Counted from the stretch's first letter, positions 39,200 to 53,284 are shown. The stretch is DNA of 64,000 bases from Ginglymostoma cirratum (GCA_024137785.1 JAHRHZ010000058.1:20252534-20316533); one strand, 5' to 3'. The notes: a model not told the origin generated them from the letters alone. Program-made: numbers and translations.

Positions 39200-39240
39200 G
39201 GAGTGTGTGTGTGAGTGTGTGAGTGTGTGAGTGTGTGTGT
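39200..39240. repeat. (GT)n/(GAGTGTGT)n microsatellite
   Basis: Directly visible. Confidence 0.9.
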
Positions 39241-41099
39241 TTAATTCTGTAACAAAAGTTCCACTTTTGTGCGATGTGGCCTTTCAAGGGCGATAGCATT
39301 AAACAGACACCCACAATACGGGTTAATGACACTTATGATTACAAAATGCTGTAGGTGAACCTTGTGCATTGACTTAGGATGTGGAGTACAAATCCAGAAC
39401 TCAAGCACTTGACCACATCATGCAACATTACAAATCAATCCCACCAATAGCAATGATGCACAAGCAATTCATTGTGGCTTGGATGGATTCACCACAGTTG
39501 CCAAAGATGCAAACACCTTCCAAATTCCCATAGGGTGCAGGAACTGCTCATTTCACAATGTGAACCTTAAAACATTGTGTAGCGCAAAGAATGCCTAGCC
39601 TTTGTACCTTCATTCTTGATGCACCTAAAATGACCTTCATTCACACAGCTAATGATGAGAAATTAACATTTATTTACATATTTGAGAACGTCATCCAATG
39701 AAGTGTCACCCATGACGTGCCCTCAGAAGGAAATTGTCTTCCTTTCCCTCCTATTAAGTTTAGGTGCAGTCCTGGGCTCCACAGCTGGGATAAAGGGAGC
39801 CTGTGCAACAATGGGACCTGTTAGCCTTGGACTTTTGGTTGGGTGATCCTGGGGATGTTCATGGCTAGAAGGCCCAGACATGCTGAGTGTATCCTGCCTA
39901 GAGGGACATTGACCCTCCTTGGCTTGAACATCTACACGGCTGACAGCATGGAGGATGAAGACCCAGATACCTATAGTGTCCTAAGCAGAGGCCTTTGGGG
40001 TCCTGCACGTGATTGTCCTCTGGCTGATGCCAACTCAGACCACCATGCTTCTTGTGAGGAAGGAACATCTGGAGTAAGATCAAGGTCCTCCTTTTCCCTT
40101 CTTGCCATGATGAGCAATAATGGCTAGTGACGTGGTGTGGAGGTCCATACGTGTATAAAGCAGACACTGATTGGCTGGTCATGGCTGTCCATGGAGAGTT
40201 TGTTTACAGACAGCCAAACATGTGCATGGCAGACATAGTACAGTGCAAACAGCATTTCAAGTCAATTTGCCTAGTATCTCTGACAAACCTGCCTGCTGCT
40301 CCAGTGTCTGTTTATGCATTTGGATGAATGATAAATGGCTGACACAATGGGGTCTTCTCCTGTCTTGGGCTGAGTAGGTGCCTGACCTTTGATAGTCATC
40401 TGAGTGACAGTGACCTGGGGCATTTCTTCTTCAAGCAGCTGCAGGGATGTGCCCCCAAATTTAACCTAGTTTTAAATGCCTACTGCGATGTCAGTACCTG
40501 AGCTGGTGAAGATGCGGGTGGCGGGGGTGGGGGGGGGGGGGCCTTGCTGGTGTATTCTTTTGAGAGATCTGAGGCTTCTTCCTCAGAGTTGGAGGAGATG
40601 TCTTACAGGACCATCCTTTTGATGGCAGAAACTCTGTAGGCAACAGAAAAAGAAAATACATTACAAAAAAGTGATAGAAGTTGGGCATGTTAAGAGTAGA
40701 TTCACAGTGGAGGTGATGGGAGAGCAAGATAGCATTGGACAATGATTCTTACTTGGTTGTCAAGACAAGGAGGTTTTGACAAAACCTCATGAACTGTCGT
40801 GGTTCCCAACAGCTGGACAAGGATCCTCCCCTTATTGGGGGCAAGAAAACAAATGTCAGGCACTCCACCACCTGTCTTGGCTCTCTCTATTCTATTGTGG
40901 GCTGTTTTCTCCTGATGTGGGAAGGAGTTAGGGATTGAACGAGGTAAAATTGGATGGCACAGCCATTGGTGCTAGTGCAGGTGGGGGGAAAGGTGGTGAA
41001 GTGTCCCAAGTGAGTGAGGATTATCCTAATCTACATGAAGATTAAAGTCACCCATGTTTACTATACTGATTTTTCTTTCATTCCCTCATCTCCTGGTTT

Positions 41100-41880
41100 A
41101 TTCTGTCCTACTGAATAGCTACTATTAGGGTGCCTAGAGATGACTTCTATCAGGTTTCCACTTTTTAATTCCTTATCTCCATCCAAATGGGTTCTACGTC
41201 TTCCAATGCAAGACCATTTTTGACACTGTACTTATTCCATCCCGTACTGACAACGCTATCCGTCCACCTTTTCTTCCTTGCCTGTCATCTTGAAAAGTCA
41301 CATACCCCTGAATATCTAGTTCCCAGGTTTGATCACCTTGTCACTGTGTCTCCATAATGTTTATAAGGTCATACCAATTAACGTGTTTTGTTTCTCATTC
41401 ATTCATGGGTAGTGGGCATCGATGGCCAGATCAGCGTTCATTGCCGTAGTTGCTCTTATATTTGTATTATTAATTAATTTATTTTGTTCTGAATACCACA
41501 TGCATTCAGGAGTCATTAATTTTGCCCTTCTACCAACTTTCTCCCTTTTAATCCTATTTAAATTGGATTTTTTTTAATGTTTGTACACTCTCTTGTTTCC
41601 CATCCCATTCTGGGTATCATTATCAAATTAGCTGCCCTGTAAATACTGCCATATCCTTATCCTTTGTAGCTTACATTTCTGCTCCCCCAGCACCCCTTTC
41701 ATCCACCCACCTCAGTTAGTTTAAAGCCATTTCTACGGCTTTGGCTATTTGATTCAGCAGGACACAGATCCCAGCATCGTTCATGTGAAGGTTGTCCAAC
41801 TGGAACAGCTCCCTCCTACCCCAGTACTGGTGCCAGTGCCCCACAAGCTGAAACCCATTCCACCCACACCAATCTGCACC
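41100..41880 (-). mobile_element. CR1 LINE fragment around the ORF1/ORF2 junction
   Basis: Similar to 26700-27230 (tagttcccagg...tcacc, gtgcattcagg, agtttaaagcc, ccccagtactggtgccagtgcccc). Confidence 0.6.
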
Positions 41881-44800
41881 AGAAAAAGGCTCAACCCAGA
41901 AATTGGTCAGTCTTCAAGATCAGGAAATCCAGCCTGGTTGGTTCTCAAACACTTCAATGCCCTGAAAGTTAATTTTGTGATCTGTTTGACACCCTTTGTA
42001 AGGAAGTTGATATCAATTCCGTTTAAAAAAAAAACTTCTCTTCAGGGTCCAGGTCACTTTTTGCCATTGTAAAAAAATGCCATGGGGTATTCAAGAGCTT
42101 TAGAAATTAGAATGCCTCATCTCTGGGCATGGAATTCTGATAACTTGCACTAGCATTTTTTTTGGAAGCTAGTTACTCCAGGGAGTTCTTGTACTTGGGT
42201 TTATCCCTTTGTATCAGTGATCTTGTTTGGGGCGGGTGAGTGGAAGCTCTGCCTCAAAATAAGGAGATGCAAATACCCGTATTATTTTAGGATTCCAGGC
42301 TTCTGTGCCCCTGTGTCTGTGCACCTTGTAGAATTATTGCAGCAGCCTGCCAGAAAACAGAACAGTTTCTGGACTTCTGACATGTTGCCATTTACAAACA
42401 CTTGCACTGTCAACTGACACCCCTTTTGTAAAAGCTTTTACTTTTGTAATCATGATCCCAGTTTTTGAAATCAGTGAAGTTCAGTTAGTGTTGTAACTTT
42501 GAAACATTATATTATGAAGATTATTTTTGACCCTCACTGTTTATATAACTGGGCAATGATTACTTGCATATGATTAAATCCTACCAACAGTTGCTGTATT
42601 AGGAAGACTGAGCAGTAGGTTGTATGCCAACATAAATCCCCCTCACGTACAATGTTTCATTCTGCATTCCTGATGCATGTTTCTATACATAGTTCAGTAC
42701 AATGATAAAGGAGCTGTATTACATTGACTAGATTCCAGGCAGACGCAACCTGATATAGCCAACTGTTTCCCTTCTAGAAACTGTCAGATGATAGGACAAT
42801 TTTAATACTTTTTGAGGAGGTTTGAAGTGTAACTGAAAACATTTTCCACAATTTTGACAATATGTTCCATTTCCTATTATCACGCTCACAACAATCTGCA
42901 ATCAATTGATTTTAAATGATACAAACTCCAATAACTTGCTGTTTTAAGATTTTCTGTACTAGGTAGAAGATAACTTTTCACAGCAATTCCAACCCAGTTT
43001 TTTCCCTTCCTTTCCCAAAGGTTGACATGTTGCCACTTTCATGCAAGTCTGAGTGAATCATTTTCAGGAACAATATCCAAATCTCATTCTTCTTATGAGC
43101 TGGTATGTTCTTTGAATCTGATCCTGATTTCCTTGAGATATCACAGATTCCACTAAAGTTACGAGATGGTGATTAGGAAGAGGTCCCCAACCTAATTTGT
43201 TTCTTCAGTAATGTGTACAATATAGATATCATGTCAGGCATGCATCCTGACAGAAAAACATTTCAAACTGAAAATTATAAAGAGTGCAGTAGAATTCATA
43301 TTTTCTCCATACAATCTAATGTGTCTCAATACAATTTCAATACTTTTAGACCCTGCTTAATATTTGCCTTCCCAGGCAAATTCTGCTGAGGTCACCTGTC
43401 ATCAAATGAGATCAACCAGCCTACTAAAGATCTGGAGCAAGTAAAACTTGAACCTGGGTTTTTTTGGCTCAGAAGTAGAGACGCTGGTCTGGAAATGTTG
43501 TCTAATCAACCTATTTAGATGTGTTATTATACACCTCTGGAGCAGGTGTAACTTGAACCCAAGCTTCCTGGCTCAGAGTTAGGGGCATTACACTGCACCA
43601 CAAGAGCTCTTAGGGCTGATCTGTATCTTAAAAACCATTCATCTGCTTCAGCTGCATATTGATGACATCTTTGTCAAGCAAGAACTTGTTGATTTAACAC
43701 TACTAATTAAAATTTGAACTTATGACCTCATTTAACACTGAGCTGTGATCACAACTAAATACAGTAATTGGAGGAATTGAGGGAAAATGTATTTTTTTCA
43801 AATCCTTTTCCAGCACTGAATAAGTCAATGCAATTTTAGTTCTTTTGTAAATATTCAATGTTATTGAGAATTTTTGGCTTGCAAGTTGAGTGATAATCTT
43901 TTGAACAGCAATCTTAAATCCAAGTCCAGTTTGTACTTCGATTTGCAACTCTTTTTATTGGGTATCACACAATCCGCACTCACTTGGAGAACTTGCACAT
44001 ATTATACATAGAAACTTCTGGAGGATATTCAAGGGCTTTCTGTACACATGAAAGCATAATATGGAATCAGTTGGATCAGACATAAATATTTGACACACAG
44101 TATGTAACAAAAACCTATGTTCCCTACCCGTTGAACTAAACTATGAACATAATGGTTATTATCTGTTTGTTTATTTGATTTATTTGCAAGAATTTACCTG
44201 GCTTCTTGCTGTCTCCATTCTCCTTCTATTGGCCCTTTTCTCATGGGAAAGGAAAGTTACTTCTCAATCAGGAGAGCTAGAACGTCTGAGTCAATTTTGC
44301 TGATCAACATTCCTGTGGAGAAGCCATGTGCAAACTTAGGGGTGAAAAAGGAATTCCTCCAAATCAATCTTTTACTCCTGCTTTATCACCCCATTGGTGA
44401 GCTGACAGCATAAGCGTTTCATTGGTATTCCTTCCCACCTACCTTGGGAGGAAGATGAAAGGATGAGCATAAGATGCCCACCATTGTTCCTCCCAAACAT
44501 TTGACCAGAAAGTTTCATGCAAGCTGCACAAATTTGCCCCTTAACTTATGACAAATGAAAAAGATAGCGGGCTGCACATCTAACCAAACAGCGTGCCAAA
44601 CATTTAGGGGGTATGTGGATGCCCAGTCAATGTTGATCCAGTGGTGTACATAAAGCACCTGTTATTGCAATCAAATTGAAACCTGCTGTCTGAGACACAC
44701 TTGCCTGACTTTGTCCAGGCAATTATATTCAAAGAGAATCTGTCCCTGCATGCTTCAGACTCACTTCCAATAAAACACCATCACAACCATGCCACTGTCC

Positions 44801-47800
44801 TGGAGCATGGCCTGTCGTAACCAGCCTTTTGGGCAAGCAAGTGAATGTAGGAAAGAATAATAGATAGTTCTGGTTAGGATGAATGACAGACAGTTGGAAC
44901 AGGTGAGTGTACGGGAGGTAGGGTGGAAGAGAGATAATGCTAATCAGAAATAGGGGGTATAGTATGAGGACAAATGTACAAAAGGCCATATTTCCCCTTG
45001 ACTTCACTTCAAATGCTGACACCAGTGACTCTATTTCACTCTGCATCAAGTTATCCCATCCCTTCTATCTGATTGGAAAGAAGAGAAATATAGATGCCAT
45101 AGAAAATACAGAGGAAATGTTTAAAGTAATATTGTACTTTTTGTAAACACTTGACATCTGAAAGTTTATTAGCCAGTATGTTTTAAAGTGCAGTAACTAT
45201 TGTAATTTGGAAATGTGACAACATAATGAGCACACAGTTAACTCCCATTCTCAGAAACAGCAATGTTATGGGCATTCCGATAATCCTGATTTTTCTGACA
45301 TTGATCGAAGCATAAATGTTGACCAGGATACTGGGAATAATCTCTTAAAATAGTGCCATGAGATATCTTGCATGCATTCAAACAAGCAGATTTTGGTTTA
45401 ACATCCCACCCAAAAGACAGTGCTACCCTCTCTGCGCGTGCATTCAATACGGCACTAGAATGTTAGCTTGATTTTTTTTTTGCAAGCCCCAGGGGATAGT
45501 TGAACCTAGAACCATATGAGCCAAGGTGGAAGGGTAATGGAGGAGGGTTTGGGAGAAGAAAGGGACAGAAATGCAAAACACACAAAGGTATCAACATATA
45601 TAACAGAGACATAAATTGGCTCAATTTTACCTCTATAAGGGAATAGGTTTTAAGTGTGTCAATGTTGGGGTCTACATTATCTGATTTAGCATATTTACAA
45701 ACAACTAATATCAATTTCGTACCTGTTTTATGTGTGTGCTAGTCAATAAATGTTGTACTTTAAATGTGGATGGATGGCACCCAGCAAAGCTGGCTCATTT
45801 TGTCTTTTTGGTTATTTTCCTTTTGCAGGTGCCTTACAATTCAGTTTGCTTTAATGTTCTGTACAAGTGTTTTTCAATTCTAGTGTTGCGATAACAGTTT
45901 GAAGTACATCTGTTCAGGGTACATGTTACTATAAATGGAACTGATGTAGAGTATTCCTGTGGGCTCTCTCATATACTCCTAGGCTTACACACCTGCTTTC
46001 CCCTTCATACTGGTGATCGCTAAGTAACCTGAGCCCTGACAGTGCTGTTACAGCAAAAGCATCAGTGGATTTACTGTTAAAATACAGGATATGTTGAATT
46101 TCAGGCTTTCCTCTGCAGATTTAGATTGTGTTTTTGCAGTGTTGTGTAGCAGCTTTGGGATTTACACTGTGCAGTATGATATTTTATTTCTTAATGTCAG
46201 ATTACTGAGAGTCATCTGACATTTTCCTGGTTTGTACATCTCTCTACTTTGTATCACTAATGCTGCTAGGGAGATAGGGAAATGGCAGTATTGTGAACTG
46301 TTTCTGTGGCTGCATTCTGTAGAAATGCAACTTGTAATGTTGTATTGTTTCACCAGTAGAATGCCACTATTAAGATTCCTGTGTGGGCTGGCATCATTAT
46401 GGGCATTATATTTGCATTGTCTCATTTTACTGCAGCTTTGACATGAGTGTTGCATTGTCAATGGTGTTGGATTTAACATAAACTGGGATCCTACCAGCCA
46501 TTCTAAGGAAAATGTAAAAGATTCCATGGTGCAATCAAGAGAAGATTCTGTTCTTTTACAACATCCAGGCTAATGTGTCCCTTTCACCAAATCTTAAAAC
46601 AAAACAGTCATAGCATGCAGCCGGAGCTCATTTGGCCTGTCATGTCTGTGCCAGCACTTTGTAATCACGTTCCAATTAGTCTTGCTCCCCTGCTATTTCA
46701 CCATAATCCTGCAAATTTTCTCTTCAAGTATTTGTCAATTCCTTTTTAAAAGTTACTGTTCAGTCTGCTTCCCAGGCAGACATCACATTCACAATCACAA
46801 TAACATGCTGTGCTTAAAAACACCAGAAATTTTGCCAGTTAGCTTCAGATTAATTTAGTTGTGAATTCATTTGTGGAAACTTGTTGAGCACAATTGATGG
46901 TTCTGTTAGATGATGCGTCATCATGTTAAGTTGCAGCATGGAAAAAGACCTTTGTGCCCAATCTTTGTAGTATTTATTTTCTTTGCAAGCAAATACAATC
47001 CAATTTGTAGTAACATCTCTGAACAGGTTGATTTAGGAAAATGTAAACTACCACTGGTCATCGATCTCTAATGAGAGAGCAGTTCTATGGTCTGGTAAGA
47101 CTATGACAATTTTAATGTAATGTACAGTAGTTCTCTTCAGAATGATGACAGCTACCAAAGATTCCTAGTTTTGAAAGTGGCTACCAGCTTCTGCTTCACT
47201 TTAATACTCTCTCTTTGTTCATTGTCCATTCAATCAATTGAACTATGAAATAAAATAAGGGAAGAAATTAAAAACAATTGACACTAAAATTCTAAACAAA
47301 AGAAAATTTAGGAGGAATCTCATTTAAATTAGATATGTACTGGTGTTCAAAGACAGTATATACTAGTTTTTGAAGAATTGCATTCCTAGCTCCATAAATA
47401 ACTAGGGACATCCATACCAAAAGCTCAATTTCCAAGTTACTGGGCTGGTTGCCACAAATGCTCTGCGTACAGTTTGGTGCAGTACAAAATGTTAAAATGG
47501 ATTATTTGTGTTTCTGTGGGACTAATTGTCTATGTGACAAAGGCTTTGAGTTCTAGGGACACTAAGTAGAAAGCTAGGAGTATATTGGAAAGTCAAGTAA
47601 TAACCGTTTTACAGGTGCATAAGAAAGTTCTGAGATCAGCAACAGGGAAGACCAGTGAAATGACCAATATAAATGGGTTCAAAGAATGTGTGATTAATCT
47701 GAGTTTGCTATTCTCAAAAAAAATTAAGTTGGTGTGGATTTACACTTTTTTTTTACCGTTGAAACCAATGGAAATGTTTGCATAAAAGAACTAATGGGTT

Positions 47801-49499
47801 ACAGTAAAAAGAGCAGATGAAAATATCCACTTTATTTTTCCAGATTGGTTTCTTCAATTTATGAATGAACCAGAATATGCACAATTTTCAGATGGTGCAG
47901 CTTAGTGCATTCATAAATAATAAAGTAACTTGCACTTGTAAAACAGCGTTTATCCTTGAAATATTAGCTGTTTCCTTTTCCCATAGTTGCTGTCTGATCC
48001 TTTAAACATTTCTGACATTTTCTGTTTATCTTCCAGTTTCAAGCATCTGCTGTCTTTTTTCACATTAGATTGTACTTGTTCCCTTGTCCAGCCCATTAGA
48101 GTATTCAGTTGAGGCAAAATGATTTCCTGTATTCAGATTGCTAACTGGACATTTTAAGGGGGAGGGGAAGTGTGTCCCTAAAATGAAGGAGAATCTAAAA
48201 TAGTGAGAGTGGGGGCAGGGAGAGTAGTGAACAGGAGTTGGAAGGAGAAAAACAATAGGGTGTTATCCTGCAAGTGAGATTAGAATGTGAGTTTATAAAG
48301 GAGAAAAATACAAGTGCAGGGGGAGGAAACAGTGTGAGAGAAATGGTTTGTTTGAACAAGAAAAGAGAGACTGAACCAAAAATCGAGTATAAGATGCCTG
48401 AAAAGGGAAATGGAAGGAAAACCAGAATAGGAGAATAAATTAACCCACCAGTGGAGCTGATATTAACTTTCATCACTGGTGGAAAAAACAGCTGTTAAAG
48501 TCTACTTTGCGTCTCACCCATTTTTCCCCTTTAAATGTTAATGATGCAAAAAATCAAAATCAAAAGTGGGCTGCTGATTAGAAATAAAAGTATAATGTTA
48601 CCCACAAAACTGAACAAGGTAGATCAGGCTGAACCAAAAATGAGACGGAGAGAGGAAAGAATGAAGTAAAAAGGACGATCAATCAAAGATAAAGAGGGAG
48701 AAAGGTAATAGAAATAAACAGCAAAAATGAATGAAAGGATAAGAAAGTAGGAGGAGTGGCAAGACATAGGGCATGTAGTGCACCTGTACCAGTCCCTGTA
48801 TTCTTTGGAATTCATGAGGTTGAGATGCCATTTAACTAGTTGGAAAAGGTTTTGAAGCATATTTAGTATTTTTGATTCTATTTACTGCTAGTGTTATGGA
48901 GATGAGTTGCAATGCAGCCGGGTCTTTTAAAATAGTGGTGATTAGTATGAACATAAAAGTATCCGTAAAATGGTCAACTGCATATTTGCAAATGGCCTGG
49001 TGATGTCATATACTGACCACCGATGTCTTGAAGCCAGAATGAAACTACACATGCTCAACTGATGCCACTATATTGCACACGTAATGTGATGCTGGCTGCA
49101 CATGCAGGGACAACCCAATTGATGTCAATGTTCAGGGAACAGGAACAAAGCCTGCGAGTAAAAACAATGGGCATGAAGTAATGCAGCCATTAAGCCAGGC
49201 AGCTTTTCATAATGGACAAGGGAGAGAGAGCAGCTCCAAGGTGAATTTGGATTTGAGCAAGCACTGATAACACCGAGGGCTTTTACCCCCACTGTGCTGA
49301 ACACCATTTGAGGGCTGACTCCTGGGACTAAACTTCCAGTTGAAAGGCAGTTGCATCTGTCACAAGTGGAGTCTCTGTGCCTGGGTACTCTTTGCTCCAG
49401 CTGGAGGTGGCATTCCTAAGAAACACAGCCTAAAGAATAAAACATGCTATTGATTTAAGCTTCAAAATGACATGATCAATCCTGAATATGGTCAACAAC

Positions 49500-49900
49500 A
49501 ATGATCAGCTGGGAACACTGGCCAGAGAATTTCATCCAACCATTTGTAAATGTGCCTGATGTGGGAGCTGTATGAAACGTTCTACTTTTATTGAGGTCAG
49601 CCATCATTCCAAAGAAAAAGATGTTCAACTGAGGTGGAAGGAATATTCGTAACCTCCTGTGTCGCCCTGCCTCAGTGTCAGATCCACAAACTTTACAGCT
49701 ATCACAGTGTTTTATTAATAGTTCATGACAGCTGCGACCTTTGCTGAGGCTGCAACATGGACCTGACAGCAGTCTTAACTGCACTGAAAGCAAAATATGA
49801 CCTTCTCATTTGTGCAGACTGTACCATAGAAAAGGCTGTGGAATAGTTTAGAAAGATGTACAGTTTGAGGAGCAGTCTTTTCCCCATATTAGCATGAAGT
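49500..49900 (+). mobile_element. Highly decayed Harbinger (HARBI1-like) transposase remnant
   Basis: Frame from 49549 reads VGAV*NV...NIRNLLCRPASVSDPQTLQLS, and later CTIEKAV. These resemble GAIDGT, WPGSVHDARIL and TIERAFG in the expected order. Confidence 0.45.
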
Positions 49901-50446
49901 TTAAAATGTGAATACAATTTAAACCTCTCTGATCCCTGTGCAGACTGTTTAAGGCCAGTGCTATTTGTGATACATTCTGTCCTCCAAAGCTCTATTTGTT
50001 ACCCTTAATTATTAACTGTGTATTGGCCTGGTGTAGCTGTGGTCCAACTTCCACATAGTGCAATACAAACTCACTTAAGAAATTTTTTACAATCCTGTTG
50101 CAAGCCACATGACAGATTAGAGGGCTGTAATGGTTCGATATGGCTTATCTGGCATCAAAAGTTCTTTGGACACCTTTTTACATAGGATAGTATACAGCTG
50201 GGATGTTTGAACTTCTGATAGCAGAATAGGGCTACCTGAATCCTTTGGAGAGTGTCTCTGACACTGCTTTGTAATGTTGGAGATTTTTGATCCTATGCTC
50301 ACCTAGATATTTACGTCATCCTCCTTGTGCTCTTAATCTCAGGAATAGGTAAATAAGGAGCTATCAGGAATAGGAAGACAATGGAAAAAATCCTCTTTTT
50401 ACAATGGTCAAACCCTCTGTCAGCAAACCCCCCTTTTTTATGACTT

Positions 50447-50652
50447 AATGCTCACTCACCAGCCCCTCAGCCCCTAACAATGCTCGGTCTCCACATCATG
50501 ACACTACTCAGTATCCCCTGTGCTTGATGATGCTCACCTCCTGCATCCCTGAGCACTCATCTCCCACCACACCTTCCCAACAATGCTCACCTCCTCATGC
50601 TTCCAACAATGCTATCCTCCCCATACACTCAACAATGCTCAACCCCCTTCCT
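50447..50652. repeat. Degenerate C-rich minisatellite, core CAATGCTCACCTCC
   Basis: At least six (A/G)ATGCT(C) cores. The last three are about 26-28 bp apart. Confidence 0.7.
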
Positions 50653-52072
50653 AAAATATCCCCCTCCAAGTGACCACTAGAGGTGTATCATGAAGTGTAA
50701 TATGTCCATTTCATCATCTATCGTCAGAAACAATAACAGCCAAATACTTTAGTGAGATTTTAATTATCCCAGAATTCGTGAACACTTTCACCACTGCAGA
50801 AGTAACACTGACATAGACCTGAAACACACTCTCACTTGTTCAAAAGTAAGTTTTTGGAGGCTATGCAGTTGGTGACTTTTGGTAATCATTTGGGATTTTG
50901 TATTTTTTTCAAACTTGTTTGGTCACGCAGATAGCTGGTGTTCAAGTGCATTCTGTAATCAGACACTTCAGTATGTGTTTGTTCGTAGAATTACTGCTCC
51001 CCTTGTGCATTGCATGCAGGACACCTTACCCATAGTTGGCTATTCATTAATCATTTGTTTCACATATTAACTATACCTTCAAAATAGCTTTCTGAGAAAT
51101 GATTTACAATTTCCAGTGTATCTGAGCACACAATAGCTCTCAGGGTCCAATTTATCACTTACAAATGAAATGATAGGCCTAGAGATGTTTGAAATGCATA
51201 TAAATATGATGTCAGAGCTATTCCACAGTTTGGAGGGTTAATTCTCTAGATAAGTCAAAGTTAATTTGTCTGTTTTGGAAGACCTTACATGTTCATCTGG
51301 AAAGGAAACACCACAGAATAATTCCAGTACCATTGTTACAATCACCATAGATACCACTGACTTTTAAAAGAAATTTGAACTTCCAGTTGATACTTGAAAG
51401 TATGACACAGTAAGACTTCATTCTTTAAGGCTTTTACTGTAACAACCAGACTAAAAGCATTATTGTATAAATTCTAATATTGTAGGTATTATTTTAGTTT
51501 AAAATACAGAACAGAACTTTCCCCTTCCACTTCTAAAATAACTGAAAAACCTACTTAACAGGTGTATTTTACACTATACCTTTGGTTGCTTTTTAATTTT
51601 CCCAGGCCAGTCCAAAGTGATTCTTAATTCCAGAAGGTTTACTTCTGTTCCTTTCTGTCCCAACCTGGCAACTTTTAACATCAGAACTGCCTTTCATGTT
51701 GAGGGTTATTCCAGATAATACTCCCTCTAGTGCAAGCAAGATGAATCTTCCAATCTCATTTCAAATTCTCAAATTTAATTTTTAATGTGAGTGCAAGCAC
51801 TGATGCACGCTGCTGTGTTGTGAACCATAGGGACTTGATCAGAGATGTTACCTCGCATCTCTGGCTCAGGTGAGACTTGAACTCAAGTCTCCTAGTCCAG
51901 AGGTAAAGACACAACCACTGTGCTGCAAGAGCCCTCACAATTTTTTTTTAGTCTTGGAGGTAAATGAATGATTTAAAACCTAAATGTTTACAAACTAACA
52001 TTCTCAGTAACTTCTTGCAACTTTGGAGACTAGCAGCTTAACCTCAGAGAAACATCGATTCCACTCATTATT

Positions 52073-52394
52073 GGGGTGGCACAGTGGCTCAGTGGTTAGC
52101 ACTGCTGTCTTACAGCACCAGAAACCTGAGTTTGATTCCACCCTTGGACAATTGTCTGTGTGGAGTTTGCACATTCTCCCTGTGTCTTTGTGGGTTTCCT
52201 CCAGGTGCTCCAGTTTCTTCCCACGGTCCAAAGATGTGCAGGCTAGGTGGATTAGCCATGTTAAATTGCCCCAAGTGTTCAGGGATGTGTAGATGATGTG
52301 GGTTATAGGGGGATGGGTCTGGGTGGGATGCTCTAAGGGTCACTGTGGACTTGTTGGGCTGAAGGGCCTGTCCCCACACTGTAGGGATTCTATG
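52073..52394 (+). mobile_element. HE1-type V-SINE
   Basis: Full head, V-domain and tail, close to the copy at 24976. Confidence 0.93.
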
Positions 52395-52650
52395 AAGATG
52401 ATTCATCTATATGTGAACATCTTTTCAGAAAAACAACTCTGGCCTCCCTTTAAATTTTAGCGGTTTTGCCAGCGTGGCCTATTGTTGGTCAGTAGTCAAG
52501 AATAGGTCTCATGACTGCTTTCATTTTATTCTAAATTAATGATGCAGTTTTGTAACAGAACAATCTTATCAACATCATCCTTAAGTGCAAGAGACTCGTT
52601 CAGCAAACATCTGTCTGAATAGACTCTGAATTTATTCTGGATGAAAAACT

Positions 52651-52862
52651 GTGATGTGGAGATGCTGGTGTTGGATTGGGGTGTAAAGGTCGGAAGTCAG
52701 ATGACACCAGGTTATAGTCCAACAGGTTTATTTGGAATCACAAACTTTCAAAGTGTTGCCCCTCTGTCAGGTGAAGCCCTGAAGGTGACTTCACCAGACG
52801 AAGGGGCAATGCTGTGAAAGCTTGTGATTTCAAATAAAACTGTTGGACTATAACCTGGTGTC
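52651..52862. mobile_element. Short palindromic Penelope-type element with a 12-bp TSD and hammerhead-like motifs
   Basis: GGATGAAAAACT at 52639-52650 and 52863-52874. Inverted arms at about 52703-52775 and 52790-52862. Confidence 0.85.
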
Positions 52863-52921
52863 GGATGAAAAACTAAGATCAAAGCTGACTGATCTTTACA
52901 TTTGTCATTAAAAAATCTATT

Positions 52922-53284
52922 TTTGTTTATTCTTCCATGAGATATTGGCCTCGCTAGCTGGGCCATCATTTATTGCCCACTCCTAATGTTCCCTACACTG
53001 AATGGCTTGCTAGGACATTTCAGAGGGAAGTTAAGAGTCAATCACATTGCTGAGAGTCTGGAGTCACATGTGAGTCAGATCAGGTAAGGGGAACAGTTAT
53101 CTTTCCCTAAAGGACATCAGTAAAGTTGACTGGTTTTTACAGCAATCAATATGGCCACTATTAGAATAGTTTTTAATACCAGTTTTTTCATTGATTCAAA
53201 TCTCATTATGGGATTTGAACCCATTTCACTAAATATTAGCCTGGAATACTAGGCTAGTGGTGATACGTGATCCCACTGCATCCC
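52922..53284 (-). mobile_element. tRNA-derived SINE (family B)
   Basis: Collinear with 16195-16552. Confidence 0.8.

Larger units (their letters stand above)
37701..41050. mobile_element. Possible PIF/Harbinger element fossil
   Basis: Starts GGGGCAGAATTTTCC (Harbinger-like terminus) and has a GC-richer interior. Minus-strand splice signals near 40635-40660 and 40748-40752 lie beside a decayed Myb/SANT-like stretch. The right terminal inverted repeat (TIR) was not found. Confidence 0.35.

Noticed and set aside
48150-48760. Purine-rich tract with hydrophobic minus-strand ORFs
   Set aside because: Low-complexity composition explains the ORFs. No splice or homology support.
50447-50652. CRISPR-like repeat-spacer appearance
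   Set aside because: Cores are short and degenerate, the spacers resemble each other, and the context is vertebrate. It is a minisatellite.
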